A DNA stretch of 64,000 nucleotides, from positions 54,932,001-54,996,000 of the forward strand of contig OZ296651.1 of the NCBI GenBank assembly GCA_965655095.1, written 5' to 3'. Made by a program: the position numbers and the translations under genes. Positions 36,889-51,399 of this stretch are shown here, piece by piece (the stretch's first letter is position 1; each line of letters starts with the position of its first letter). The notes under the pieces are model-generated. The model did not search any database, was not told the DNA's origin, and saw only the letters and a program-made list of their open reading frames with translations. Source of the DNA: Haplodiscus bocki. Its lineage: Eukaryota.

Positions 36889-37344
36889 ATGAAGTCAAGA
36901 AAGTGTAAAATTTGCAGATCCTCACAGGCCAAATACAAATGCCCCAAATGCCTCTCTCCTTATTGTTCAGTGGACTGTAACCGAAATCATCGGGACATGT
37001 GTATGCCACCGGAGCCATTGGCAATAGTCAAACAGGAACCAGACCCTTTGCCAGAACGAGTTTCTGCTATCGGGGATGAAGAAGAAATTGCCAATGACTC
37101 TCCAGACTATGTGCATCCAGCTAAACTGGCCAAACTTGCCTCAAATGCGGAGCTAATAGAACTCTTAAAGGATTCGGAACTTCGGGAGATGATACAACTT
37201 TGTAATAGAGCTTCGAATAAAGAGGAAGCTATAAAAGAATTTATGAAAAATGATTTGTTCATGAAGTTTGCTAATATTTGTTTGACTACTGTTGATTCAT
37301 GTGCCAACATTTATTTTGATATTCCTGGTGAAATTTCCCGGTAG
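36889..37344 (+). CDS. ZNHIT3: Zinc finger HIT domain-containing protein 3 (box C/D snoRNP assembly factor), 151 aa, single coding exon
   Basis: N-terminal zf-HIT CKIC..AKYKCPKCLSPYCSVDCNRNH..C. C-terminal helical region 'ELIELLKDSELREMI...MKNDLFMKFANICL' and overall size are typical of ZNHIT3/Hit1. Confidence 0.9.
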   Translation: MKSRKCKICRSSQAKYKCPKCLSPYCSVDCNRNHRDMCMPPEPLAIVKQEPDPLPERVSAIGDEEEIANDSPDYVHPAKLAKLASNAELIELLKDSELREMIQLCNRASNKEEAIKEFMKNDLFMKFANICLTTVDSCANIYFDIPGEISR

Positions 37345-37780
37345 TAAGTTATTTTGCACTTTTTCCAGATTAAATCTGTAGCCAGCCTATTATCCACTGT
37401 TTTCTCACACTCTGAGTTCAAAAGAGTAACTACAGCTTTCGTCTCACTGGTTGTGTTTGTTGGGCATGAGAATTTAGACATATAAAATATATAGAGGCGA
37501 ATGGTGATGTTGAGATTTTTGCTTGTGCAAAACTGAATTATCTTAAATGGTAAATTCGCTATTTTGAGCATTCCAGGAAAACAGATTTATGCTCGGAAAT
37601 TTTCAATGCTCTTAGAACTTTCAAAAAGGTTATAATCATTGCTTACCGCATATCAGCAGCTTAATTTCTAGTTCGTTCATTTTTACCCAAATTTGATTCT
37701 TCCTCGCTATAATTTTGTCCAGCTTTTTCAGCGCTTCTTGGGTGTTTTTTTTGGGTTTTCTGTTCTCTATCTTCTATCAT

Positions 37781-39783
37781 TGTTGAGGGAAGTTGAGCTA
37801 TATCAACTTTTAACTGTTAAACAGTCCACGCCTAAGTTGTAGCAGGAATTCGGTGAAGTTACTTTACATCAACGGCATCTAAAATCGCGATTCGATTGTA
37901 TCTGAGCCGATCATAATTGATTAAATCGCTTATAATTGTCAGTCCATTGCATGCTCATAATTGCGATTCATGAGTATTCATTTAAAGCACTCATAGCTTG
38001 AGTGATGAATTTGGTAATGACGCGAATTATTTCAGCCATGAAAGTTATGACGAAAGTGATGAAATGTTTTTATACTGATTACCTGAAATGGTAACTGTGA
38101 CTTACATCGGCTATCACATCACATTAGAACTGAATTTACAGTTGTTGACTAACAAACAACCATAACAGACAATCGACCTTTTGAACTTCATTTTAACCGT
38201 TAGATACGGATAGAATACATTGTATTCAAATACGGTTAGTTCCAATGAAACATTATTGGACTCCTGTTCTCATCCTAGTGGGCATTAGTTTTTCAAGAGA
38301 GTATAACATGGCGCAATCAGCCGGTTGTTAAACCGACCAAAACAATATGGCCGATTCCGATAAAATCCCATTACCCCACCTCTATCAATCCGTTCGGATG
38401 GTACAAAGACATTCAAATCGAAAGCATGGTTAAAACGGCTCCAATAGTATATCGACGGGGTATAATCGAACGGATATACGAAATATGTATAGAACCGATG
38501 CTGACGACAATAGAGATGAAAAAAAAACGAAATACCTGGTCAACGAAAAAAAAATACAAAAGACTTTCTTTGGGTATTAGATCCGACTGCAATACGCGTA
38601 ATGACAACAGCCGAATTCTCTGGAGAAAACCACCAAAATGAACGTATTGCGATTTAGCGTTTTGGCTAATTATTTTGCACCTTCACGGAATAAAAACCAG
38701 AGCCGAAGAGATTTCTTCCGGGCAAAACAACAGCAGAACTGAACATCCGAACAGCATTGGATGAAATTATGTAAACTGCAAAAAGACTGCGATTTCAAGA
38801 ACATATCTGCCGCTGAATTGATGGCATTCAAATTCATCATCCTCATTATTGATGAAGAATTACCGGACAGACGAAAAGGAAATGATGGTAAAAGTGATGA
38901 TGAACCGGATGAAACAAGACAATAAAGCATACGGAAACGACTTCATACCAATAGTAAAAATGAAGAAACAAAACAATATCCAGAAGATAGAGAAACGGAA
39001 CCGAGAAACTTTCAAAAAACAAAATCATGCCATTGGTGCGGCAACCAGAACTGGCCCCCAGAAAACATGTGCCCGGCGACTCAAGGAACCTGCCATAATT
39101 GCGGGGGAAAAGCCATTGTGCGAGAGGGTCTGCAAACCGAAACAAGTAATGAAGAGTCACCTAAAGGAACCGGTAAAACAAACTGATGACGAATACGAGC
39201 CGACTCAATTGATAAAGTCAATACATCAAATACAGAAAAACCAACGACCACATAAAAACAAAACTCAAAATAGACAGAAAAAACCCACCTAATAGTTGAT
39301 ATTGGATCAGCGATTAGAATAATACCGAAAACTTCAATCAAAACATCAAATCTATTTCCACTAACAAAATTGGTAACTAAATAGCTCGATGTCAACAAGA
39401 AGGAAGTAAAATTTGAAGGGAGCAAACTAGTAACCGTGAGAAACGGAAAAATAGAAAGCAATCACTATTAATAATTTCAAGCCGCGAAGACTTCACCCGA
39501 TTGCTCGGACTAAATTCGTTTGATGCATTGAATTTTGACCTGCGGACTAATATCAAATTGCACCAATTACGACTAAATGATTAGGACTTTCGAAGTTCTT
39601 CTCAACCGTTTGATACGGATAGAATACATTGTGCTGAAACTACTGCACCTTCCATACTTTCACGTTATCTTTTCTACCTTCTATCAATGGAATTTACCGT
39701 AATTGTGCGGATAGTTCCAATAGAATTTTATTGGACCCCAGTTTTCATCGTAGCCATCATTAGCTATTCAAAATAGTATAACA
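37781..39783 (+). mobile_element. Internally deleted, decayed Ty3/Gypsy-type LTR retrotransposon
   Basis: Direct repeats (AACCGTT.GATACGGATAGAATACATTGT ... AGTATAACA) end at 38308 and 39783, and a PBS-like TGGCGCAATC follows the 5' LTR immediately. Gag and protease remnants lie inside, with no RT or integrase. The 5' start (TGTTG at 37781) is inferred. Confidence 0.8.
38347..39530 (+). pseudogene. gag-protease remnant of the Gypsy element
   Basis: Frameshifted translation gives 'RNKNQSRRDFFRAKQ...HWMKL..LQKDCDF', zinc knuckles 'CHWCG...CPA...CHNCG.KSHCAR.VC' (~39028-39133) and a degenerate aspartic protease site 'LIVDIGS' (39298-39306). Confidence 0.78.
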
Positions 39784-39984
39784 ATAACATTCTGCAATTT
39801 CGATGAAGCTATTCATTATCCATTTTGTAATTATGTTTTCGAGGTGTGTTTTCGGTTAATCTTTTTAAGGGAACCTCGTTTCGAATAACATCTTGACATG
39901 ATCCGTAAATTATTTACAGTCTCCAAAATTGAGCTTCTCAGTTCGTTTTTTTCGTTCGAAAATTTTGTGCGGTTGATAAATAAT

Positions 39985-40403
39985 ATGAGCGGAATCTTTT
40001 CGACCTTCAACTGTGGTAAAGATGCCTTTCAGAAGAAGTCGTTTTTATGGAAAAAAAAGTATCATATGGATTTTTCAATATTTTTAGAGAAAGACACTAA
40101 TTTTCGTTGGAAAAAACGAATTTCAAAGAAATCTTACCATTTTATTTGCTTTATACAGCAAATTTCAGACACCTTTTCCCGATTTTGAAAAAAAACCTTT
40201 TTTCAAAAAAAACTTCCCCTAAAAACTTTTTTGTGCGTATTTAAGCAATGCTACAATCTCATTCGCATTTTACGGCAAATTTACTATAATTTGGTGATTA
40301 AAAATTTTCCAACGTAAAATCTCATGCAATTGGCAAGTATACGTAGAAAACGTGCCTGTGGAGTGAATGATTTACCCTCCATATTTATATGGGTGGAAAA
40401 TAA
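39985..40403 (-). mobile_element. HINE family 1 copy ending ~45 bp upstream of the SSX2IP-like ATG
   Basis: Shared body (TACGGCAAATTT.CTATAATTTGGTGAT, TTGGCAAGTATACGTA) and end CCATATTTATATGGGTGGAAAATAA. Confidence 0.68.
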
Positions 40404-40446
40404 TAATTGTTGATGAATATCAGATTTTGTTGATTTTCAAGGTTTC

Positions 40447-41628
40447 ATGTCAACACCCTTAGCTAAAGGTGTTCCCCGAGCGAAATGTAACGGCAAAAAC
40501 TATGATTTAGATGCCTCTTTTGCTTCACCGGGACCGTGGTTTGATTCTGAAACGTCCTCAGAATCCAAACTAATGAGCATGGTTACCTTCATTGATCGAG
40601 AACTCACAGCTCTGGGTTTGAAAAACTTGAAACGAGAACAAGATGCAAACTCACCTGGTGATGTCACAAAAGTATCGTTAGCATCTGCATGTGTTGAGGC
40701 TTTGAACAGAATAGAAATGTCGACAAAAAGAAACGAAGAAATGCAATTAGCTTACAAAACATTATCGTCGGAGAACGCACTATTGGTGTCACAAAACAAG
40801 AAACTGAAGAGCACAGTTGACTGTCTAGAAAGAGAATGTGCAAAGTTTAGAGAGACGGAGCGCCGTAAACTGTCTGAAAGCAACAAAACTCAGCAGAAGT
40901 TGAACATGGAAAAACAGAACAGTCGGAAGAACCAAGCTGCGGTTCAGCAGAAAGTTTCTCAATTAGAACACGGGTTGAAGAAAAAAGAGAAGGAAGCTCA
41001 AGTTTTGAAAGAAAAGGTTGATTCTTTGCTGACCAATAAATTGAAACCACTTCAAACGCAGAGAAGCTCCTCAGCTACGTCTATACAACCAGCCAGTATT
41101 GAAATTTTGAACGATAACAAACCGAAGCGGGCGCGTTGGATGATTATTTCAGATTCCTGTGAAAACTGTCAAAAAATGGAGACATTAACTTTTGTTGTCT
41201 CTAGTTTAGAGGAAAAGCAACGAGTTCTGTTGGAAGAAAATTCAGAACTGAGGAATTCATTTTTCAAAATTGAACATAAACTGCATGAGAACAATAATAT
41301 AGAAAATGAGGGAGCTAAAGAGTTGGAAGAAAAAGAGGTACCTAAATCTAAATTTGCGGAGATGCCCTTTGATATAATTCAAGAGGATTTGTACAAAAGT
41401 ATCGCAAGGCGGATCGATGACCTAAAATGTAAGACTAATCGTGCTGAAAGTTTTCACTCCCATACAACCGAAGCCGTTATATCAACAACAAAACTTCCTA
41501 AAAACGAAACTTATCCAGTGCATTCCATTTTGAACCGTGCTGACAATGGCAGCAGTGTAAAGCTTATCTCCGAAAGAGGATCGACTTTATCAAACAGTCT
41601 GTTAACAGATGATGAAGACAGCTCATAA
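40447..41628 (+). CDS. SSX2IP: Afadin- and alpha-actinin-binding protein (ADIP/SSX2IP/Msd1)-like coiled-coil protein, 393 aa, single coding exon
   Basis: 'VTFIDRELTALGL' N-terminal motif, a long coiled coil ending 'QLEHGLKKKEKEAQVLKEKV', and a second coil 'LEEKQRVLLEENSELRNSF'. This matches the ADIP family layout. Confidence 0.78.
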   Translation: MSTPLAKGVPRAKCNGKNYDLDASFASPGPWFDSETSSESKLMSMVTFIDRELTALGLKNLKREQDANSPGDVTKVSLASACVEALNRIEMSTKRNEEMQLAYKTLSSENALLVSQNKKLKSTVDCLERECAKFRETERRKLSESNKTQQKLNMEKQNSRKNQAAVQQKVSQLEHGLKKKEKEAQVLKEKVDSLLTNKLKPLQTQRSSSATSIQPASIEILNDNKPKRARWMIISDSCENCQKMETLTFVVSSLEEKQRVLLEENSELRNSFFKIEHKLHENNNIENEGAKELEEKEVPKSKFAEMPFDIIQEDLYKSIARRIDDLKCKTNRAESFHSHTTEAVISTTKLPKNETYPVHSILNRADNGSSVKLISERGSTLSNSLLTDDEDSS

Positions 41629-42071
41629 TAATGATTCTTGTTCATTATTAACATGTTTTGTAATTTGGTACAGTTTGTGTTTAATAACAATTTTTTACGT
41701 TTCTAACTTTTTAGCGAAAACAGTTGAGTGAATATGCTGAAACAGCATTCGTTTTAGTGGCACTTTAATGAGCTCTAATAGCTTTGAAATGAGTTGGAGT
41801 TGACATCAACAGCACTTCATTCAAACGCAGCTAGCTGTTTGTGCCTTTTCAAATTCCAATGCCTTTTGAGTCTGTACTCAACGGTACTTTAAGTTGAGAA
41901 CTTTCGCTCAAAAAAAGACCGGTGAGCGTTTGAAAAAAAACTATTACTGCTACATACAGCTATATATGCCGAAGCACTTATCTTGAGAAGTTGGCTGAGT
42001 GTTTCTTCTATCATAGAACGTGTCAGTTCAGGTAATCTCATCTTGTGGTCTCAGTTCCAACAACTGTTCAA

Positions 42072-42557
42072 CACAAGACCGTCGGCCGTCACCGGCGTAT
42101 TTTCCGCCCTCCAAGTTTGCTAAAGATTCCTTTTAGAAGGATGAAAACGTTTTTGAAAAACTACAATCTTCAGCAAATTTTGATAATTTTTACAAATTTA
42201 AAGTTTTTCTAATTTTTGCAAAAACCCTGAGTTTTGTTGGAATAAAAATAAAGAAATATCATTTTATACCCTTTTTGCAGCGAGTTTGCCGGTTTTGAAA
42301 CTCGATTTTTAAAAAAAAACCCTAATTTTGTACGTATTTCAGAAACCTTACTTCCTACAAAGTAGTTAATTTGGAGTAATATTTCTAAATAATGCCTTTT
42401 CGGACCGAAATTTAGGTTTTTTTTTTCTACAGAAAATCGAAATTTTCTTCAACTCAGAAAAACAGCAACTTTGCTGTAAAATGTCTTTTTCTCGTTTAAA
42501 ACGCATTTTAAAGTTAGTGGGCGGAAAATACCCCGATGTTAGCCGGGCGTGTTGTTT
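42072..42557. mobile_element. Composite HINE family 1 sequence with two outward-facing 3' ends
   Basis: Left end CAAGACCGTCGGCCGTCACCGGCGTATTTTCCGCCC; right end GGGCGGAAAATACCCCGATGTTAGCCGGGCGTGTTGTT. Confidence 0.65.
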
Positions 42558-43623
42558 CTCATTTATATCAAAGTAAATGAATAGTATTTGCAACACCGAT
42601 CAAGCCTAAAGACGTAGTTTTTTGTGCATCATAAATGATTGCTGAAAAATGTATATTTTTAGCATCGTTTTTTGATCAGCTTTTGCTGGCTAATCTTTGC
42701 TTCGGGGTTTTCCATTAATATTTAGTTTTAAAAAGGATATATTCTCGAAACAGAGATGCTAGCGATTGCAATTGCGAACGCTGTTGGGGAACAGAATTCG
42801 TAGCGGTACTGTTCAAAGAATTTAATTCCATCGATTTTCTCTTGAAGTCATATAGAGAAAAGTCCATTTGTAAGGTGACTGCGAAACACATCCGAATGAC
42901 GCTAGAATCGGAGGCGATAAAAATACCCTTACCACAGCACTGTCGGTCAAACTATGACGTAACATTATAAGCGATAACGTTATAACCGGAATCCATTGCA
43001 TAAGGGTTTGGGACAATGATATGTAGCTCTGATTTGTTAACTGTATATCAGCCGCCCATCGTTTAAAGTGTGCAGCATATTCAGACAGTTTTAAGGATCA
43101 GAATTATAAATTTTTCTTGTGGGATCAGAAGTTGTGCCCATTCGTGACCTGAACAAGTTCTTTGGGAATTTTATGTGGTTTATTTATTGCTACGTATAAC
43201 ACACACACAACTCTCAATAACACTACATTATGGTCACATCAAAATTTGCCATTTTAAGACGGCTATAATATAGAAGCTAATAAGCGGTGCTTTCTCAAGA
43301 ATTGAGGTGCTTTTCGATATTTCGCTGACTTTCGCATCATGTAAAAAACTCAGTGTTTTGGAAATAGGATACCATCGTCTTCATTGCTATGCAATATATC
43401 AACTGCAATTTGGAGAAACCCGGACTGGTTGTCATGTTCCAGTCAAAGATACTTGTGTCATCTGCGCTTTAGTTGAATAAATTGTATACATGTGCCTAAT
43501 TATCTATATTCCACTGGGATTTTTAATGCAAAGCTCCCAGGGTTTATTACATGATGCGGATGGAAAGTATATATGGATTGCGACTTTTTGCGGTATCTCT
43601 TTTTGAGACATTATAGGTTTAAA

Positions 43624-44889
43624 ATGTTTACAAAATTTCTACGCACCCAACCTAGCACAAGCAGTGCTTCCCAAAGTAATTCCTCTTCTCCGAAAGTTAA
43701 TTTTGCGCAGAGGCAAATAGTTGTACAGTCAAACCAGGGTGTGTATCGAGAAAATCATGCACGATCTATGAACCAACAGCATCCTTCGAATTTGACGAGA
43801 AATGCTTACAGCGAATTCTCGGAAACTTTAGTTAACTCACCTCTGAGTCCTCAAGAGAAGTCGAAAGCAGACAATTGCTCGAGGATGTCGGGTCCTTCTT
43901 TTGGTCTTCCGAGTCCGCACTGTGAAAGTAGGAACTTCGTACAACTTTCTCCAAAATTTAGAGCGACAAACAATGGACATAAGTCTCCCATCTTCGCGTT
44001 TGCAAATTCTCCACAATCTCATTACAATGGAGATGGCGTCTCCTCGAAATACCATGATACGATTGAAAGCAACGTTCAATTAACCCCGGACCCTGACTGT
44101 GCACCGATGAACTTAACAGGTTCTAGTGATTCGGGCTCCTCCAAGGTACATTATGAAAACCCTATTCTGCCTAAAATGACATCGGCTGTACAGGCTATGA
44201 ATGAAAAGCTTCTTCCAAAGTTGAAAGAATCCGAAAATTTCAACTCCAAGCAAAATTGGAGAGGTATGTTGAACTGTGGAAAACGTACAATTGAAATTCA
44301 GCAGTCTTTAAATGAAGCTGTGCCATTGCTACAGTCAAACTTTGTTGAGTTTGAAGAAGAATGTGATTCATCCGAACCAGAAGCTTCTCCGGAAATTTGT
44401 GAACCGAATGCCGTTGCTAACAGTAGCCAATCAGGTTTGATAAGAGCAAGAAGCAAGTTCACTTCGACCGAGGATGACGCTGAGCCTGATTGGATGCGCT
44501 CTTACGGGCGTCCTGCTACCGTAGAAAACGAATGCCCGGGAAATGTCCCTTCTAATTCCTCCAATGAGTATCCACCAAATCGCAAACAAGATTTGAGGTA
44601 TGAATTGATTGCAATGTTCCGAGAGCAACAAGAAGCTATGAAGCCTCAAACTTCTGCAACATTAGAGAATAGACTTCCGTTGAGTCAAGAAAATGGGTTA
44701 CCGATAAATGCTATAAGTCCACTTGCTTATAATTGGGCGAGTTTTGGTAGAGATGATGTCCCTAATGTGCATTCTCCACAAAATACATTTACAAAGCCAG
44801 TTCACGACAATCCTCTGGTGAAAAGGCGTGCTAGAATGGCAAATACGCCCGTGCACCCTAATCTTCAACAGTTCAGTAAAAACTTTTGA
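43624..44889 (+). CDS. Hypothetical S/N/P-rich, probably disordered protein (~421 aa from ATG 43624; the ORF is open from 43573)
   Basis: 1.3-kb uninterrupted ORF in AT-rich DNA with many SP/TP sites and no domain I recognise. An acceptor-like TAG|G at 43614-43617 lies just before ATG 43624. Confidence 0.7.
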   Translation: MFTKFLRTQPSTSSASQSNSSSPKVNFAQRQIVVQSNQGVYRENHARSMNQQHPSNLTRNAYSEFSETLVNSPLSPQEKSKADNCSRMSGPSFGLPSPHCESRNFVQLSPKFRATNNGHKSPIFAFANSPQSHYNGDGVSSKYHDTIESNVQLTPDPDCAPMNLTGSSDSGSSKVHYENPILPKMTSAVQAMNEKLLPKLKESENFNSKQNWRGMLNCGKRTIEIQQSLNEAVPLLQSNFVEFEEECDSSEPEASPEICEPNAVANSSQSGLIRARSKFTSTEDDAEPDWMRSYGRPATVENECPGNVPSNSSNEYPPNRKQDLRYELIAMFREQQEAMKPQTSATLENRLPLSQENGLPINAISPLAYNWASFGRDDVPNVHSPQNTFTKPVHDNPLVKRRARMANTPVHPNLQQFSKNF

Positions 44890-46284
44890 ACTGTTTCATT
44901 TAGTTGTCGCGTAGCTTCAGTTTAAATGATGAAATCACGGCTTTGAAATTTGATGCCGAGATGGCGCTCAGTTGTTTTAGTTGGTAACTTGAATCGAATT
45001 ATTAATTTTGAAATTTGCTGAGTTTTTATTCTAACAAAAATCTGACATCGAGAAATGCTGTCTAAGCTTTTGTAGTCGGAGCTTTTAATGAGAAATGTCC
45101 CGAATAATATAGTGACTTTCTTTCGCTTTCTTTTGCAAGAAGCTCTGCGTGTCTTGGAATCGATCCAATTCTAGTGGACACGGCAGGAAATTCTCCAAAT
45201 GGTGGAAAGGTTTTTCTAAGAAAGCCCTAATTTCGGAAGGAGACAAAAGGTACCCGCTCCGAACTTTTTTTCGTAATGTGAGACAATTTTCGGACTAAAA
45301 TCGTTTTTTTTTGCAAATTCGGTTTACGCTTATGCCGTTTGTTACAGCGCTTTCGCCTATTGAGTTTGTGCTGAAAACAGTAGACTAGTCACCGCCAACA
45401 TAACAGCTTTGCCCAGTTGGGAGGTTACGTGGCAATAAATAGAACACCTGGGTGTAATTTTTGAAAGGTAGCCTTAAATGGGACATGATTTGGTAATTTT
45501 GCAAAATTACGCTTTAAAAAGGGTCCTGGCTAAGAAGACTTTTTTGGAATCATTTTATGAAAACCGGTCGTCATAAAACAGTGACTAAATTATACTGAAC
45601 ACTGAGAATTCGTGCATCGACGCGATTATATCGTACCGCTTTCAGTGGCCGCTTTTTCTCGGCGTTTATATCAACTGCGTTTGTTGAAATGTTGCTTCGG
45701 TTTTCGCTTAAATGAGCGCTTTGAGTTCAACCGAGCAATTCACTGTCCCTATGCTTCACCGAAAATTTTGTAAAATACAGTTTTGGAATGGAGGCTAAAT
45801 TTTTTATAACACCAAAGCTTAAGAGGTTTATCCGTACTCGGAGACGAAAAATTGATACCCCGTTTTTAATTGATTGATTTTTAATTGAAAAATTTTGAGC
45901 GCGAAAATCCAGAAAACCCGTATATCAATTATTTTCCCTTATATCCACTTGCATGCTCCAAAAGTTTCATGATATACATGCCAAAAAAGATCGTGGCCAA
46001 AATACCTATTTTGCAAAAATCGATAATCCGAAAGGCAAGTAGCAACTTTTTTCAACTTCTTAACCTTTCCAGATAGTGTATATCAGTTTTGAAAAATTAA
46101 TCCCTCTGAGTGTAAAGCATTGGCACTGAAAAAACTTTGTACGAAGAAAAATCCTGATACTGCACTAGACATTTTTTCCCGAAAACCCAAAACTTTTGAA
46201 CATCAGAAGCTCCCTTCCTGAGTATTTTGCTTTCCGGGCATATTTCGGCTGATGTACTCAAGTGCTTGATTCCCTGATAGATAT

Positions 46285-46757
46285 GGCAAGACGGCCCGCA
46301 ACCACTGGCATGTTTTCCGCCCTCCAATTTTTACAAAAATGCTTTTTAGAAAGTTGAAAGCGTATTTTTCTGACAGATACTTTCTGCAAATTGTCTAATT
46401 TTTATATATTTTCTGATTTCTTGTTGAAAAAACTCATTTTAGATAGAAAAAAAAGTTTTAAGAAATAATATCCTTTCGTACGAATTCTACAGCAAATATG
46501 CCATTTTTACTGATTTTGAAAAATATTTTTGTTTCTAACAAAACCCAACTTTTTTCCCAGAAAAACTCAAATTTCGTATTTGAAGAACCTTTCTATTTAA
46601 GTTGCACTCTACGGCAAATTTGCAACAATTTGGATAAAAAACTTTCAAACTCAGAAATGGCAGGACATTTTGCCCGGACATTTGGCAAGTATACGTAAAA
46701 AACCTTCGCGTTGAGTGGATAAATTTCCTTCCATATTTAAATGTGGGCAAAAAATTA
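46285..46757 (-). mobile_element. HINE family 1 copy downstream of ovo (duplicate at ~54025-54497)
   Basis: Runs from CAAGACGGCCCGCAACCACTGGCATGTTTTCCGCCC to CCATATTTAAATGTGGGCAAAAAAT. Confidence 0.75.
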
Positions 46758-47298
46758 TTGTTTCCTCAAACCTATGGTCTCTTCCATAATTCTGCAGCGT
46801 TTAATACAGGTTAGAATGAATTACTGCTAGTGAAGCATGAAATAAGCAGGATTTCCTATTTAATGGGAAGTGTACTCTCACTTCAATTCAAAGCATTCCT
46901 AAGCTCTGCAGTCAAAAAGTATTGTCGAGTGTGAATTTTGTGTAAATCATAGACAAAGCAGTCATTAGGGATATTTACAAATTATCACGCGACGAATGAC
47001 AATAAGTAAATACATCCATCCAAATTACATTTAGAAAAATTAATAAGATCAAGTAATTAAGAATCACTGGTTTTAAAAGCAGCAGTAACTAATCGACATT
47101 AGGTTGAAAATTGGTTGAGGTAATTAGTGTAGCACAAACAAGGAAACAAAATCCGCTTACTGGAGATTGTCTCTATATGAATTAATTGCAAGTTTCTAAT
47201 TACAATTAATTCATCTCTAAGTCAGTTTTTACTGTGAACTCAATGGAAGACGACATACTAAATGAGTCAATTCGTAAGTGTTTATCGGCTGTCATTTC

Positions 47299-49850
<2,552 letters not shown>

Positions 49851-50039
49851 GATGTTCAGTTACCAGTTGAAGCTGAGCACTATTTTATTGTTTCACCAAC
49901 AATAGAAGGTATTCGAATGAACGTTCGACTGACAATATAATGTATCAATGCTTTTTAAATATAGATGTCGTAGTTTTGATTAAAGATTCACAGTTTTGAA
50001 TATGACGAATATATTCGACTCCTATATTTGCTATTTTGC

Positions 50040-50260
50040 TGGCGTTTTGTTGCAAGTTCAACCGGTTACCTTTGAAGCATCACCTGTGAGTTTGACTAAC
50101 TCTGATTGACTACTGACTAATAATCTACAGTTAACCATTTAAAGTTTGCTTTGCTCTAGAAGCATCTTCGCGGCTCTCGCCTGTCACTCGTTGCTCATAT
50201 AAGGCCGAAGTTTTTGAGTCATTCAACTTTTGCCAACACTTTCTCATTGGCTGACGAGCG
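50040..50260 (-). promoter_or_regulatory. Putative ovo proximal promoter/5' region (duplicate at +7740)
   Basis: CCAAT on the minus strand at 50246-50250, a TATA-like stretch at ~50196-50202, ACAGTTA at 50127-50133, E-box CACCTG at 50081-50086 and AACCGGTT at 50060-50067. Confidence 0.45.
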
Positions 50261-51399
50261 CGATATTTGAAACTTCGGCTTGCTGGTTATTGAACTATAG
50301 CGGCCTATAGACACTTTAAATCAATTTTGTAACATATTTAAACCAATACAACAGTTATTCTACTATCGAAAGTAAACATATAGAACCAAATTAAAATCAT
50401 CAGTAATGAAGAAAGTTCGGCGGTTTGCATCAGGCTTAATATTTATCATGAATGAATATCTTCGAATATTAGCTCAGATATTTGCTAAAACTTTTAGACT
50501 ACTTCTTAACGGTCATTCACTTCTAAACTATCTCGAGAGCTTAAAGTCACGAATCTTTACGAAATATCAATTCAATACCGAATATGCAATGCTTTAATAG
50601 GATCGTTTTTTCATCAATATATAGCATGTACTTTTTTGGTTACATTACGAATGTTTTAAAATGGTGCAATGTTTGAAACTAGCAGCTGTCGTAGATTTTT
50701 GAACTCGCAGTTGTTTACGGTGGTGTAGAGGCTGATTCAGTGAAATAAAATGTTTGGCAACATATCTTAAGTCTGCATATAACCTGATGTCATCAAATCA
50801 CGAGTTTTATCATATTTTCATTTAGAAAATGTATCAAGTGAATAAGCTTATAACAAATGTGAATATGGTATCAGAGCAAAAAACCTTATACCGTCAACTT
50901 TCTCTATAGAAAAACATACTGTAAAAGCATTCATACAAAAGTGTCCACTCAACGAAGTTTTTGGTATTATGGTACAGAGTTTTTTACAAGAAGTGCGCCC
51001 AAAAATTTTTCGCTCAAAGTCCAAAAATTCATAAATTTAGTGCTGTTTTACCTTTCGTATCAATGCTTTGACCAAGAATTTTGCTGAATTAATTGGAAAT
51101 GATGATATTTGAAGAATTCGTACTAACAGTGCTGTAAATTCAACCATAAAGTTTGATACAACACGTAAAGTTTGATAACCCTCTGTTATGCTGATTTTTT
51201 TTGGAAAAACTAATTAAAGCACTGACCCCCCCCCCCCCACGAAAATTTTAACCCTTACGGGCAGTAGCAGTACCAAAGCTGTCAATATGAAATCTTTTTA
51301 CAGTTTTGAATCGCAAGAAATAGACACGTTTTTTTTTAAAAAAATCAACTTGCTAAACCTTCAATAAAAATTCAAATTAGGAAGGCGAGTTAACCTTCG

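Noticed and set aside
38849-39292. 147-aa K/Q-rich ORF as a host gene
   Set aside because: It is a frameshifted piece of the Gypsy gag remnant.
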